Below, piece by piece: positions 1-8,852 of a stretch of DNA of 64,000 bases. Each line of letters opens with the position of its first letter. Within the stretch, counting starts at the first letter, position 1. Source of the stretch: an uncultured delta proteobacterium (lineage in GTDB: Bacteria > Desulfobacterota > Binatia > UBA9968); contig CAVTUQ010000011.1 of NCBI GenBank assembly GCA_963737905.1, positions 1 through 64,000 of the forward strand, written 5' to 3'. Both the position numbers and the translations under genes were made by a program. The notes below the pieces were generated by a model that worked only from the letters and a program-made list of their open reading frames with translations, was not told where the DNA came from and did not search any database.

Positions 1-791
1 ACGCTCAGCATGTTCTCGTCGTCGATCGGGACGCGCCATTCGAAGTGGCCGCCGGTGAAGAGACAGTTCGGCCACAGGCAGGTGCGCCCGACAGTCCACA
101 GCTCGTCCGATTCCGACTGACCTTCCAGAACACGGCGGTAGACGAACCCGTACTCGAACTCCTCGAAGCCGATCTTCAGGTGGGTCGGCGGCTTCGGCCC
201 TTCGTCACCCTGCAAGGCCCGCGTCCAGTGGCTGTGCAGCCACTCGAAGTGCACAGGGTCGATCGAGTTCTCCTGGCATTGGAACCAGTTGCAGGGAACT
301 TCTGAGAAGACGATCTGCACAAAGCCGTTTCGCCAGGTGAAAGGCTCCCAGGTGGGCACGAGCGGCACTGGCTGCGGCCCCAGGTAGGCCCACAGCAGGC
401 CGGCCTTGGCCTCCACGGGATATGCCTTGATACGTACGCGGTCCTTGAAGCGAGCCTCGGGATTCGCGACCTCCTCGAAAGGCTGTTCCAGGCACTTGCC
501 GGTGTGATCCCACAACCAGCCGTGGTAATGGCAACGCAGCCCGCAGCCCTCGACCCATCCATAGGATAGGTCGGCGCGGCGATGCGCGCAGTGCCGGTCT
601 AGGAGACCATAGTTGCCAGCCTGGTCCCGGTAGAGGACGAGATCCTCGCCCAGCAAACGTACGGGCTTCGTCGCCTTGTCGTCCAACTCGGCCACGGCGG
701 CGATGGGCATCCAGTAGCGCCGAAGCAACTCTCCGATCGGCGTGCCGGCGCCGACTTGCATCAAGCTCCGGTTCTGTTCGTCGCTCAACAT
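1..791 (-). CDS. Rieske non-heme iron oxygenase alpha subunit (phthalate/phenoxybenzoate dioxygenase-like), 3' end outside window
   Basis: Not in the ORF track. Hand translation from ATG 791: MLSDEQNRSLMQVGAGTPIGELLRRYWMP...HCAHRRADLSYG...LRCHYHGW (Rieske CxH...CxxH). The same frame at the left edge reads ...FEWRVPIDDENMLS. Confidence 0.9.
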   Translation of the reverse strand, partial: MLSDEQNRSLMQVGAGTPIGELLRRYWMPIAAVAELDDKATKPVRLLGEDLVLYRDQAGNYGLLDRHCAHRRADLSYGWVEGCGLRCHYHGWLWDHTGKCLEQPFEEVANPEARFKDRVRIKAYPVEAKAGLLWAYLGPQPVPLVPTWEPFTWRNGFVQIVFSEVPCNWFQCQENSIDPVHFEWLHSHWTRALQGDEGPKPPTHLKIGFEEFEYGFVYRRVLEGQSESDELWTVGRTCLWPNCLFTGGHFEWRVPIDDENMLS

Positions 792-1268
792 CGGTTTGGG
801 TCTTTCATTTCGGTTTGTCGAAAGTCGACTGCCTCACCTTCGATCCGTCCGACCGTTCGACAAACTCACCTCTCGAGGAAAAGATCGAGAGACAGCCTCA
901 GCCAAAGGCTGATCCGCCTTCAGTGGAAGCTAATCTAAAAGCCTCTTACCGAAGACAGGAGCAGATGTCCAGCTCTGTCCGCAAGCCAAGGTCAAAGTTG
1001 ACACAGCGCTAGCTTATCGGCTACTGCCTGAGCCGAATTGGCGTTCCTTGGCGGGTCGGGCTCCCTCTGCTAGTTGCTTGCAACTTCCAAATGGGGGTCG
1101 ATGGCCGAAACCCAAAAGAAAATTCCTATCGTTAAATAGATCCTGGCCATGCCGAATTCGCCAGAATGTCAGTCTATCGCCGAAACAAGACCTGACTCGC
1201 GGGCTCTCTTTACAGGAATCTATTCACTTATGCACGCCCTTATGACGCTCCCGCCTGGAGAGCGGGGA

Positions 1269-2375
1269 CTACACTCTGAACCGTGCAATCAGGTCGTCTT
1301 CCGGGTCCGCGCCGAGACCTGGGCCCTGCGGAACTTCGACTCCGCCGTTGATGACAGGCACGGTCCTGGAGAACGGAGTCGCGCCAAAATCGGCAAACAT
1401 CCGCTCGAGTGGGGATTCTTTCTCTTTTGCCGCCATGCAATGCAGCACCGCGAGAAAAGCCGGTCCCAGATAAAAAGCATTCGGCACGCAGGTCGCGCCC
1501 GCCTGCTCAACTTCGGCGGCTACTTTGGCCAAGGCAGTGACGCCCAGCTTGACCATGGCGGGCTGAATGTAGTCGGCTTTGCCGATGGTGACCATTCTGC
1601 GAAAATCGCGCAGGCTGGTGGCGTTCTCGCCGATCCCCACGGGTACGCCGGTGATCGTCCGCAGCTTGGCGAGGGCTTCGAAGTCTTCCGGAGGATAGAT
1701 CGGCTCCTCGACCCAGAACGGCTTGTACGGCACCAGCGCCGCGACCGCCGCCCCCGCTTCGGCCAGCGTCCAAGCGCAGTTGGTATCCACCATAAGCGGA
1801 ATGTCCGGGCCCGTTACCTCGCGCGCGGCAGCGACCGCCTCGGGAGTGCGCTCGTGCAGCTTAACGTAACGATAGCCGCGTTCGAGAGCACGAGCGGTGT
1901 TGCGCTTGATGTATTCCGGGTTGCCGTAATATTGCAGCAACGAGGCATAGCATTCGACGCGCGTTCGCTTGGTGCCGCCAAGAAGCGTCGACACCGGAAC
2001 TCCCGCAAGCTTCCCCCGGATGTCCCACAGCGCAATATCGAGTCCCGCGAGCGCGTGGGCCAGCGGACCGGAACGGCTCAACGAAAGCAGCATGCGTTCG
2101 ATGCGGGGGATCAGCTGCTCGTCCGTGACCCTTTGTCCAACGGCAAGTCGCCTGATCCAGTTGTCGAACGCCGCAACGACCATGGGCCGGGCCGTGCCGA
2201 ACGACTCACCCCAGCCCACTACACCGCGACTGGTCGTCACGCGTACATAAAGGCTTTCAACATGCGTGCGCGGCACACCTTGAGACATGGGCGGCGGAGC
2301 CCAGATGTCCAACGGAATGCGCAGCGTGATAGTGTCGATCGCTGTGATTGTCTCGTCCATAGTCCCATGATTCAA
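1269..2375 (-). CDS. Mandelate racemase/muconate lactonizing enzyme family (enolase superfamily); start may be 2360
   Basis: GVVGWGES, DIALWDIRGK, KLH, LMVDTN, WVEEP and GEN motifs. Confidence 0.9.
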   Translation of the reverse strand: MNHGTMDETITAIDTITLRIPLDIWAPPPMSQGVPRTHVESLYVRVTTSRGVVGWGESFGTARPMVVAAFDNWIRRLAVGQRVTDEQLIPRIERMLLSLSRSGPLAHALAGLDIALWDIRGKLAGVPVSTLLGGTKRTRVECYASLLQYYGNPEYIKRNTARALERGYRYVKLHERTPEAVAAAREVTGPDIPLMVDTNCAWTLAEAGAAVAALVPYKPFWVEEPIYPPEDFEALAKLRTITGVPVGIGENATSLRDFRRMVTIGKADYIQPAMVKLGVTALAKVAAEVEQAGATCVPNAFYLGPAFLAVLHCMAAKEKESPLERMFADFGATPFSRTVPVINGGVEVPQGPGLGADPEDDLIARFRV

Positions 2376-2475
2376 AGCAGGAATTGCTGAAGATGTCGAG
2401 GCAAATCACGACACGGCAGCACGGATTGACACCCTGGGGAACGGCGTAATATACCCGCCTAAGGAGGTAACGCCC

Positions 2476-3948
2476 ATGTCAGCGAACGGGTCCAAGTCGG
2501 CAAGAGTCCGCGCCAAACTGAATCACCCGATCATCGATACCGATGGCCATACCGTCGAATTCACGCCGGTGTTTTTCGACTACATCAAGGAAGTCGGCGG
2601 CGCGGGCATGATCGAGCGCTACAAGAAAGCCGTCCGCAGCCGAGCTAACAACCGCTGGATGGAACTATCCGAGGAAGAACGCCGCGACACGCGCGCGACC
2701 TGCCCGCCCTGGTGGGCGCGCCCGGCGAAAAATACGCTGGATCGAGCGACCGCGTCGTTGCCGCACCTACTCTACCAACGCATGGATGAGTTGGGCCTGG
2801 ATTTCGCGGTGCTCTACCCCACCTTCGGTTTGACCGAGCCACCGCGCATCGACGAGGAAGAAGTGCGCCGCTCCTCCTGCCGCGCGCTCAACAGCTTTCA
2901 TATGGATATCTACGGTCCCTATGCCGACCGCATGACGCCCGTCGCCGTCATCCCCGTCCACACTCCGCAGGAAGCCACGGAAGAATTGGAATACGCGGTA
3001 AAAACCCAGGGCTTCAAAGCCGCGGTGATTTCTCACGTGCAGCGGCCGGTGCCCAAAATATTGAAGGAACATCCCGAGGCGGCCGGTCAAACGACTTTCA
3101 TCGATCTGCTGGCGTTGGATAGCGAATACGACTATGACCCCTTCTGGGCCAAGTGCGTCGAGCTGAAGGTTGCCGTGACATCGCACGCCACTGGACAAGG
3201 CTGGGGCAGCCGCCGTTCGGTCTCCAACTACATGTTCAATCACATCGGCCACTTCGGCGCTGCCGGCGAGGCTTTCTGTAAAGCGTTGTTCTTCGGCGGC
3301 GTAACCCGCCGATTCCCGAATTTGAATTTCGCTTTCCTCGAGGGCGGCGTGCATTGGGCCTGCGGCGTTTTCTCAGACATCGTCGGCCATTGGAAGAAGC
3401 GCAACGCCACGGCGATCCACAATCTCGACCCGCAGAGTCTGGACGGCGAGCTCATGCGCAAACTCATCGACGAACACGGCAATGACAGAGTGAAGGGCAA
3501 AGCCGATGAAATCGTCAAGTGGATCACCCAGCCGCAGCGCCGGCCGAAAAATCTCGATGACTGGTCCGCCTGCCGCGCCGAGAAGCTAGAAGATTTGCGC
3601 GATCTGTTTATTCCGAATTTCTATTATGGCTGCGAGGCTGACGATCCCATGGTCGCGTGGGCTTTCAATTCAAAAGTGAATCCCATGGGCGTGAAGTTCA
3701 AAGCGATGATGAGCTCGGATATCGGCCACTGGGATGTTACCGACATGAACGAGGTGGTCGAGGAAGCTCACGAATTGGTCGACGACGGTCTGATCACCGA
3801 AGAAGATTTTCGCGACTATACATTTACCAACGCGGCGACGCTCTACGCCGGCATGAATCCCGATTTCTTCAAAGGCACGGTTTGCGAGTCTGCCGTGGCG
3901 AAACTGCTACAGAGCGCTTCGCAGGCAGAGCAGGCGCTTTCGGCATGA
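2476..3948 (+). CDS. Amidohydrolase family protein (Amidohydro_2)
   Basis: IIDTDGH, YDPFWAKCVEL, FAFLEGG and SSDIGHWD motifs; RBS AAGGAGG. Confidence 0.9.
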   Translation: MSANGSKSARVRAKLNHPIIDTDGHTVEFTPVFFDYIKEVGGAGMIERYKKAVRSRANNRWMELSEEERRDTRATCPPWWARPAKNTLDRATASLPHLLYQRMDELGLDFAVLYPTFGLTEPPRIDEEEVRRSSCRALNSFHMDIYGPYADRMTPVAVIPVHTPQEATEELEYAVKTQGFKAAVISHVQRPVPKILKEHPEAAGQTTFIDLLALDSEYDYDPFWAKCVELKVAVTSHATGQGWGSRRSVSNYMFNHIGHFGAAGEAFCKALFFGGVTRRFPNLNFAFLEGGVHWACGVFSDIVGHWKKRNATAIHNLDPQSLDGELMRKLIDEHGNDRVKGKADEIVKWITQPQRRPKNLDDWSACRAEKLEDLRDLFIPNFYYGCEADDPMVAWAFNSKVNPMGVKFKAMMSSDIGHWDVTDMNEVVEEAHELVDDGLITEEDFRDYTFTNAATLYAGMNPDFFKGTVCESAVAKLLQSASQAEQALSA

Positions 3949-4227
3949 CGCCGATGGGCTTGACCGCCATCTCCTGCCTGCGGCACATTTACACGGTCAG
4001 CCGAATGGTAGCGCTCTTCTCCTCGACGGCTTCATGGCGCCCAGATAGCTTTTCGGGGTCAAAACTAGCCATCTAAGCGCTTAAACGATGCCCTTTTGTG
4101 CTACGTTATTTTGGAATTTCAAGAAGTTGACTTGGTCCGACCCCGGGCCTCCGTTGCTTTGTTCTCTACTCTAAGGTCGTCGCTGATCTGCGTCTATTTG
4201 CATCAAGATTCTTTTGTAGAGAGAACT

Positions 4228-4452
4228 GAGAACCACCGCCTTAAAGGCGGTGGGTTCCTTTCCGTCTAAAGACGGCTCAAGGGCGATATACGTCCCATGA
4301 ACACTCACACACTTCGTCGCCACGTCAAGCACGCAGCCCTGCACCAACACATCGCAAACATCGCGACCCTCTCTGCCTTTACCACTGGCGACAAACTTTC
4401 GTCACGGATCTTTGCTTCATCTTCCCTTAAACCCCCAGCTTCAGCTGGGGGA
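4228..4452. mobile_element. Putative non-autonomous IS200/IS605-like element (terminal hairpins, no transposase)
   Basis: Hairpins AACCACCGCCTTAAAGGCGGTGGGTT and CCGTCTAAAGACGG at one end, CCCCCAGCTTCAGCTGGGGG at the other; no TnpA/TnpB-like ORF between. Confidence 0.5.
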
Positions 4453-4487
4453 GCAAGCGGATCATCAACCATGAAGGCTTCGCCTAG

Positions 4488-4546
4488 AGATAATCCTCCG
4501 GTCCAGATAATCCTCCGGTGCCTGACTTGCCTAAGTTGCCTAACCC
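4488..4546 (+). repeat. Short tandem repeats
   Basis: AGATAATCCTCCGGT x2 (4488-4502, 4505-4519), then GCCTGACTT/GCCTAAGTT/GCCTAACC. Confidence 0.75.
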
Positions 4547-4590
4547 TAAACCACACGCTGCCGATTGGCATAGCATGCGCCGCTTGGATA

Positions 4591-5072
4591 TCATTGCGGT
4601 GGAAGCAGACCTTCGCCGACGAGGTTCTTGAACAGCTCGATCATTTCAGCCTCGGGAATTTCTCAATCCAGAAAAAACTCACCGCCGATTATCCCGGGAC
4701 GCTACGGCTTCCGAAATGGTAACAGATTCTCCCGCTAACCCTTCGGCCAGGATCGGTTTGAGCTTTTCTTTGAGCGCCGCGGGCATGGACAGGCTTTGAC
4801 GATCATGTGTGCAGGGTGGTCCCAGGGATCGGGTTTAAGGTCATTCGCGTCTTCTCGGCCTCGGCGACGAACTCCGGATCCTTCAGCGTTTTCAGAAAAG
4901 CCGCTTCCATGGCGCGCACGCGATCCCGCGGCGCGCCGGGCGGCATGGCATAGGAACGCGCGTAGCTATTCGGCTTCACGAAACCGAGCTTTGGACCAGG
5001 GTCAACGAGCTTCTTGAACAGCCTGATCGTTCAGGCTCGCGGGGAATTCCTCGATCAATAAAACTCACCCCC
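4591..5072 (-). pseudogene. Mosaic of 3'-terminal fragments of Bug/TctC substrate-binding protein genes
   Basis: Minus strand reads YAMPPGAPRDRVRAMEAAFLKTLKDPEFVAEAEKTRMTLNPIPG (~4820-4960) and MIELFKNLVGEGLLPPQ* (4591-4644); the latter resembles VELFKKLIGPDPLPQR* at the end of the tctC at 10601. Confidence 0.75.
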
Positions 5073-5337
5073 GAGCGCTGAGGGCACAGAGGAAAGAGTT
5101 CTTTGATTAAGGGTTTCGCGCAGAGATTCCGTGCTCACCGCTCTGGCGTCGATCTTAGCGCGGCCAAAAGCCGCGTCAATCTTGCCTCCCCGTAGCCCGT
5201 GCGTAACTAACCTTCGAACACCAAGCCTTCCCAGATGCGTCTCGCTCCTGTTTCAGACTGCAAATGGCTAGGCGTTCGAGCGTGGAGAAAAAGGTATGTT
5301 TGTGTTAGCCTTTTTATGATTATTTGGAGGACAAACA

Positions 5338-5574
5338 ATGACGGCAAGAGTTGAAGAACTGGCGCAGCAGATAGCTTCATTGGAAGAATCTGATCTCGAG
5401 GTGCTTTTAGAGCGCGTTGAAGAGCTTAGTTTCCGCCGTGGTATTGAAGCGCTGTCGGATCGATACCGGAAACGTCTCGTGCGACAGGGCAAGCTCAACG
5501 AAGGGGCAGAAACGATTCTGCTGAAGTTGAAGAAAATTCGTCAGGAGATTGCCTCTCGTGAGTATCCGGAATGA
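5338..5574 (+). CDS. Small hypothetical protein, probable antitoxin
   Basis: 78 aa, RBS GGAGG; overlaps a downstream PIN-like start. Confidence 0.65.
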   Translation: MTARVEELAQQIASLEESDLEVLLERVEELSFRRGIEALSDRYRKRLVRQGKLNEGAETILLKLKKIRQEIASREYPE

Positions 5575-5635
5575 GTGGATCATCCTCGATACCAAAATCG
5601 ACCCTTACCATATCATTGCCGCCCGTGCTGCCACT
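5558..5635 (+). pseudogene. Truncated PIN-domain (VapC-like) toxin N-terminus
   Basis: VSIRNEWIILDTKI resembles the PIN first strand (hhhDTN); similarity ends where higA terminates. Confidence 0.45.
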
Positions 5636-5935
5636 TTATGGCCGAGCGCCAGCGCGCTTGAAACGTTTGACCTTGATCTGGTCGCCACGCATGCGGGCTT
5701 GGGCGGCATCGTAACCGGCCTGCATCTTCAAGAGTAGATCCATACTGACACCGAATGCCTTTTCCAGGCGCAGCGCCATCTCAGCGGATAGAGACGCCTT
5801 GCCGTTGGTGACATCTGACAGCGTTGCACGGCGAACGCCGAGGAGCTCAGCCGCGCTACTTACAGTCAAACCAAGAGCTTCGATAATCTCACCCCGGATA
5901 ATTTCGCCCGGGTGGGGCGGGTTCTTCATGGTCAT
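5636..5935 (-). CDS. higA: HigA-family antitoxin (HTH-XRE)
   Basis: MKNPPHPGEII...LGVRRATLS...LSAEMALRLEKAFG. Confidence 0.92.
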   Translation of the reverse strand: MTMKNPPHPGEIIRGEIIEALGLTVSSAAELLGVRRATLSDVTNGKASLSAEMALRLEKAFGVSMDLLLKMQAGYDAAQARMRGDQIKVKRFKRAGARP

Positions 5936-5947
5936 GGTTTATTCCTC

Positions 5948-6232
5948 CTAGTGATAATCCTCAAAGTTTACGTCGGCGACGACATTGGCTCGAAGCCTGA
6001 AAGTAATCCGCCAGTTGCCGCTTACCGTGATGCTGTATTCGCCTTTCCGGTCACCTCTAAGCGAATGAAGCTTCCAGCCTGGCATGGTCGCCACTTGGGA
6101 GAGATCATCGGCAAATTCCAGCGCGGCGAGGACCGCCTTTATTTTCCTGACAAAGTGACTAGGAACTCCGCTCACGTCGTCATCTTCGTAAAGGCGTCTA
6201 AGGCCTTTGTGGCGGAACTTTCCGATAACCAT
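5948..6232 (-). CDS. higB: HigB-family toxin (RelE/ParE superfamily)
   Basis: IGKFRHKGLRRLY...WKLHSLRGDRKGEYSITVSGNWRITF...VNFEDYH; toxin-first gene order. Confidence 0.92.
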   Translation of the reverse strand: MVIGKFRHKGLRRLYEDDDVSGVPSHFVRKIKAVLAALEFADDLSQVATMPGWKLHSLRGDRKGEYSITVSGNWRITFRLRANVVADVNFEDYH

Positions 6233-6237
6233 GATGG

Positions 6238-6266
6238 ATTGTACGGCTCCACCGTACACGTGTCAA
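6238..6266 (-). promoter_or_regulatory. sigma70 promoter of higBA with overlapping palindromic operator
   Basis: TTGACA (6266-6261)-N17-TACAAT (6243-6238); inverted repeat TGTACGG-N5-CCGTACA at 6240-6258. Confidence 0.85.
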
Positions 6267-6311
6267 TCCGCCCCCCCTGACTGCAGCGGAGGCGGACCGG
6301 TGTCGATGGGC

Positions 6312-6563
6312 TTCTTGAACAGCTCGATCACTTTCAGGCTCGCGAGGAATTTCTCGATCCAAGTAACTCACCGCGGATGATCATAAGATGCTACGGATTC
6401 CGAAATGGTGACAGGTTCTTCGGCTAACCCTTCGGCGCCGGGATCGGATTGAGCCGCCGGGCCTGGACAGAACTTCGACGATAATGTTGTCCAAAGTCGT
6501 TCCGGGGATCGGGGTTACGGTTATTCGCCCTTTTTCTCGGCTTCGGCGGCGAACTCCGGATCC
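6312..6563 (-). repeat. Diverged direct-repeat copy of 4625-4882 (tctC 3' fragments)
   Basis: Shared TTCTTGAACAGCTCGATCA, GCTACGG(C/A)TTCCGAAATGGT, GCTAACCCTTCGGC and CGAACTCCGGATCC in the same order; encodes ...ITVTPIPGTTLDNIIVEVLS. Confidence 0.8.
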
Positions 6564-6880
6564 CATTGCAAGTAATTTATCTCCTTACCCCGCAGCAGAG
6601 AAAATTTCCAGTGTGGGAAAAGCTCGTCCGAATTGACATAACGCCAGCTGATCGGATACTGTCTGCCCAAATCGTGATCGGAGGCCGGTCGCCTTTTCCA
6701 GCAGGCGCTTTCGGCTCTTAAATCGATATTGGCCCGCGATTGATTGAGAGAATTCCGGAGTTCTCGGTGGCTAAACCTAATTCCTGTGATTTAACCTGAG
6801 AATGCCGTCGAACTGGAGTATTCTTCGTCTCAGTGATCCTAGCCATCGGTTTTGTGCTCCGCTCAAACGATGGTCGTGAA

Positions 6881-8638
6881 ATGGCAACTGCGAATGCTCG
6901 CGCGTACCTCTCACCAACGCTAGTGTTGCTGGCGCTGGACTGGCCGGACGGTGCAACCCGTCAGGACTTTCTCGGGTTTGCCATTCGCCGCACGCCAGGG
7001 TTCATGGACCTGGCGACCGGTGTCCAGGCAGCGAGTAGTTGGTTGCCGAACCGCATCTCGTTTAATGGTCCGCCGGCTCCAGGACATCCGGATTTCCCGT
7101 CCGCGGAAGCTCCGATTCAGAAATTCATGTGGTGGGACGCGCGTCTCGATGGCTCCGTGGCTGGCGACTCCCTGACATACGAGGTCATTCCCGTAGGCGG
7201 CGCGCCCGGTGCACTGCAGCAGATTACCGCGGATACTTTCTCGCTGACCATTGTGTTGCCCCAACACGTCGCGTTCGATATCGGGACTTGGTTCAACCGA
7301 GCTGTCATAAGTTCTCAGGCGTTTTCTCGCAAATTGCACTCGTTCGATACCCCGCCCGGACAGCTCACAGACGCGCAGAAGCTCGACCTGCGCCTCTGGC
7401 TCGCGAACGGCATGGAGACGCCTGTGCCAGATTTCGTGGGACCTAGCGCCCCCGCCTTTGATTCGGTGTCCGGCGCGATCTATCATCTCACCGATAAAGT
7501 GTGGATCATTCCCGCGCTTCAGGCAGCAATGGCCACCAAAACAATCGGCCTCGTGTACGACAATGACGATCCGGCCGTCAATGCGGACGCCAAGCAGATA
7601 TTGACAGACGTGGAGTTCTTTCCCCGTACCCGTCTGAATATCATGCATAACAAGTTTTTGGTTACGGGGGATAGCCTGGATGCGCAGCAGGCATCGCCAA
7701 AAAGACTGACCTGCGGTTCGGCAAACTACACCACGGAGGGAATAACGTCGCAGGCGAATCTCGTTCACACGTTTGACTCACCAGGACTTGCCAAACTCTA
7801 TCACGAGCGATTCATGTTGCTGAAGGACAATCCAACGAAAGCTAATACGGTGAAGCATGTGGGGTGGTCAAATACCGTGTCCGTAGGAGATGCCGGCATC
7901 CGCGTGCTTTTTTCGCCGGAGAAAGGCAGCGCCGGTGACCCGAGCGTCTCCATCGAGACCATCGTCGCCAGCATTCATGCGGCGCGGAGCTCGGTAATCT
8001 TTTGCCTCTTTACGCCTACCGACGAACAGCTGCGCCAGGCCTGCTTCTCCGCAGGTGATGCAGGAAAGATGATGTTCGGCCTCGTCAATCGCATCGCCCA
8101 CACTGAGCCAGGAACCACCCCGACGCCTGCCGGCAACATCCCGGCCGATCAGCTCGCGGCGCTCGAGCTGTTCCATCGATCGCGCGACAAGAAAGATACT
8201 ATCGGCGCCGAGTTCTTTAGCCCGGCTCTTACTCCTCCCGGTTTCGAGCCGGAGGTGAACATCTTTCCCGGCGAGAATCCGCCACCATTCCCCCCCGTAA
8301 TCGTACATCACAAGTTCATCGTCATCGACGCGGAAACGGACTCGCCCATCATCTACACGGGCTCCGCAAATATGAGCGGCAACTCTGTATTCAACAACGA
8401 TGAGAACTTGCTCGAGATCAAGGGCTCGCCTCGGCTGGCACAGATCTACCTCGCTGAATTCCTCCGCTTGTACGAGCACTACCGTGCGCGGGCGAGCTTC
8501 ATCAGATTTAAGCAGAGCCATCTGCCGGTGACCCAGACGGGATTTGCGTTGCAACCAGACCGGCGCTGGGCCAACAAATATTTCACCCCGGGCTCCCCCG
8601 AATTCAAAGCTCGCGTTCGAATGGTGAGCATGACTTAG
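6881..8638 (+). CDS. Phospholipase D superfamily protein with two HxK motifs (nuclease-like subgroup possible)
   Basis: MHNKFLV...CGSANYT and VHHKFIVID...TGSANMS...NDENLL. Confidence 0.85.
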   Translation: MATANARAYLSPTLVLLALDWPDGATRQDFLGFAIRRTPGFMDLATGVQAASSWLPNRISFNGPPAPGHPDFPSAEAPIQKFMWWDARLDGSVAGDSLTYEVIPVGGAPGALQQITADTFSLTIVLPQHVAFDIGTWFNRAVISSQAFSRKLHSFDTPPGQLTDAQKLDLRLWLANGMETPVPDFVGPSAPAFDSVSGAIYHLTDKVWIIPALQAAMATKTIGLVYDNDDPAVNADAKQILTDVEFFPRTRLNIMHNKFLVTGDSLDAQQASPKRLTCGSANYTTEGITSQANLVHTFDSPGLAKLYHERFMLLKDNPTKANTVKHVGWSNTVSVGDAGIRVLFSPEKGSAGDPSVSIETIVASIHAARSSVIFCLFTPTDEQLRQACFSAGDAGKMMFGLVNRIAHTEPGTTPTPAGNIPADQLAALELFHRSRDKKDTIGAEFFSPALTPPGFEPEVNIFPGENPPPFPPVIVHHKFIVIDAETDSPIIYTGSANMSGNSVFNNDENLLEIKGSPRLAQIYLAEFLRLYEHYRARASFIRFKQSHLPVTQTGFALQPDRRWANKYFTPGSPEFKARVRMVSMT

Positions 8639-8852
8639 CACACGAGCCGCGGCGCCTGTCATAGGAAAATCTCCGGCGCCCGGACGGAGCCGGCGAGTAC
8701 AACCAGCCAGGCACCGGCACGAGCCGTTTTGTCAAACCACACGCTTGCCGACCACTCGGACGGTGAGTGAGTGGATTGGGGTCGACCATCGAAATTGGCA
8801 GGTGCCAGACCGAAAAAAGGAAACCGGATCTGGGACCGGCCTCGGGTCGCCA

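Noticed and set aside
792-1268. Long intergenic region as riboswitch or ncRNA
   Set aside because: Only short REP-like hairpins; no RNA family I can recognise
1149-2390. 413-aa plus-strand ORF
   Set aside because: Antisense shadow of the enolase-superfamily gene; no motifs
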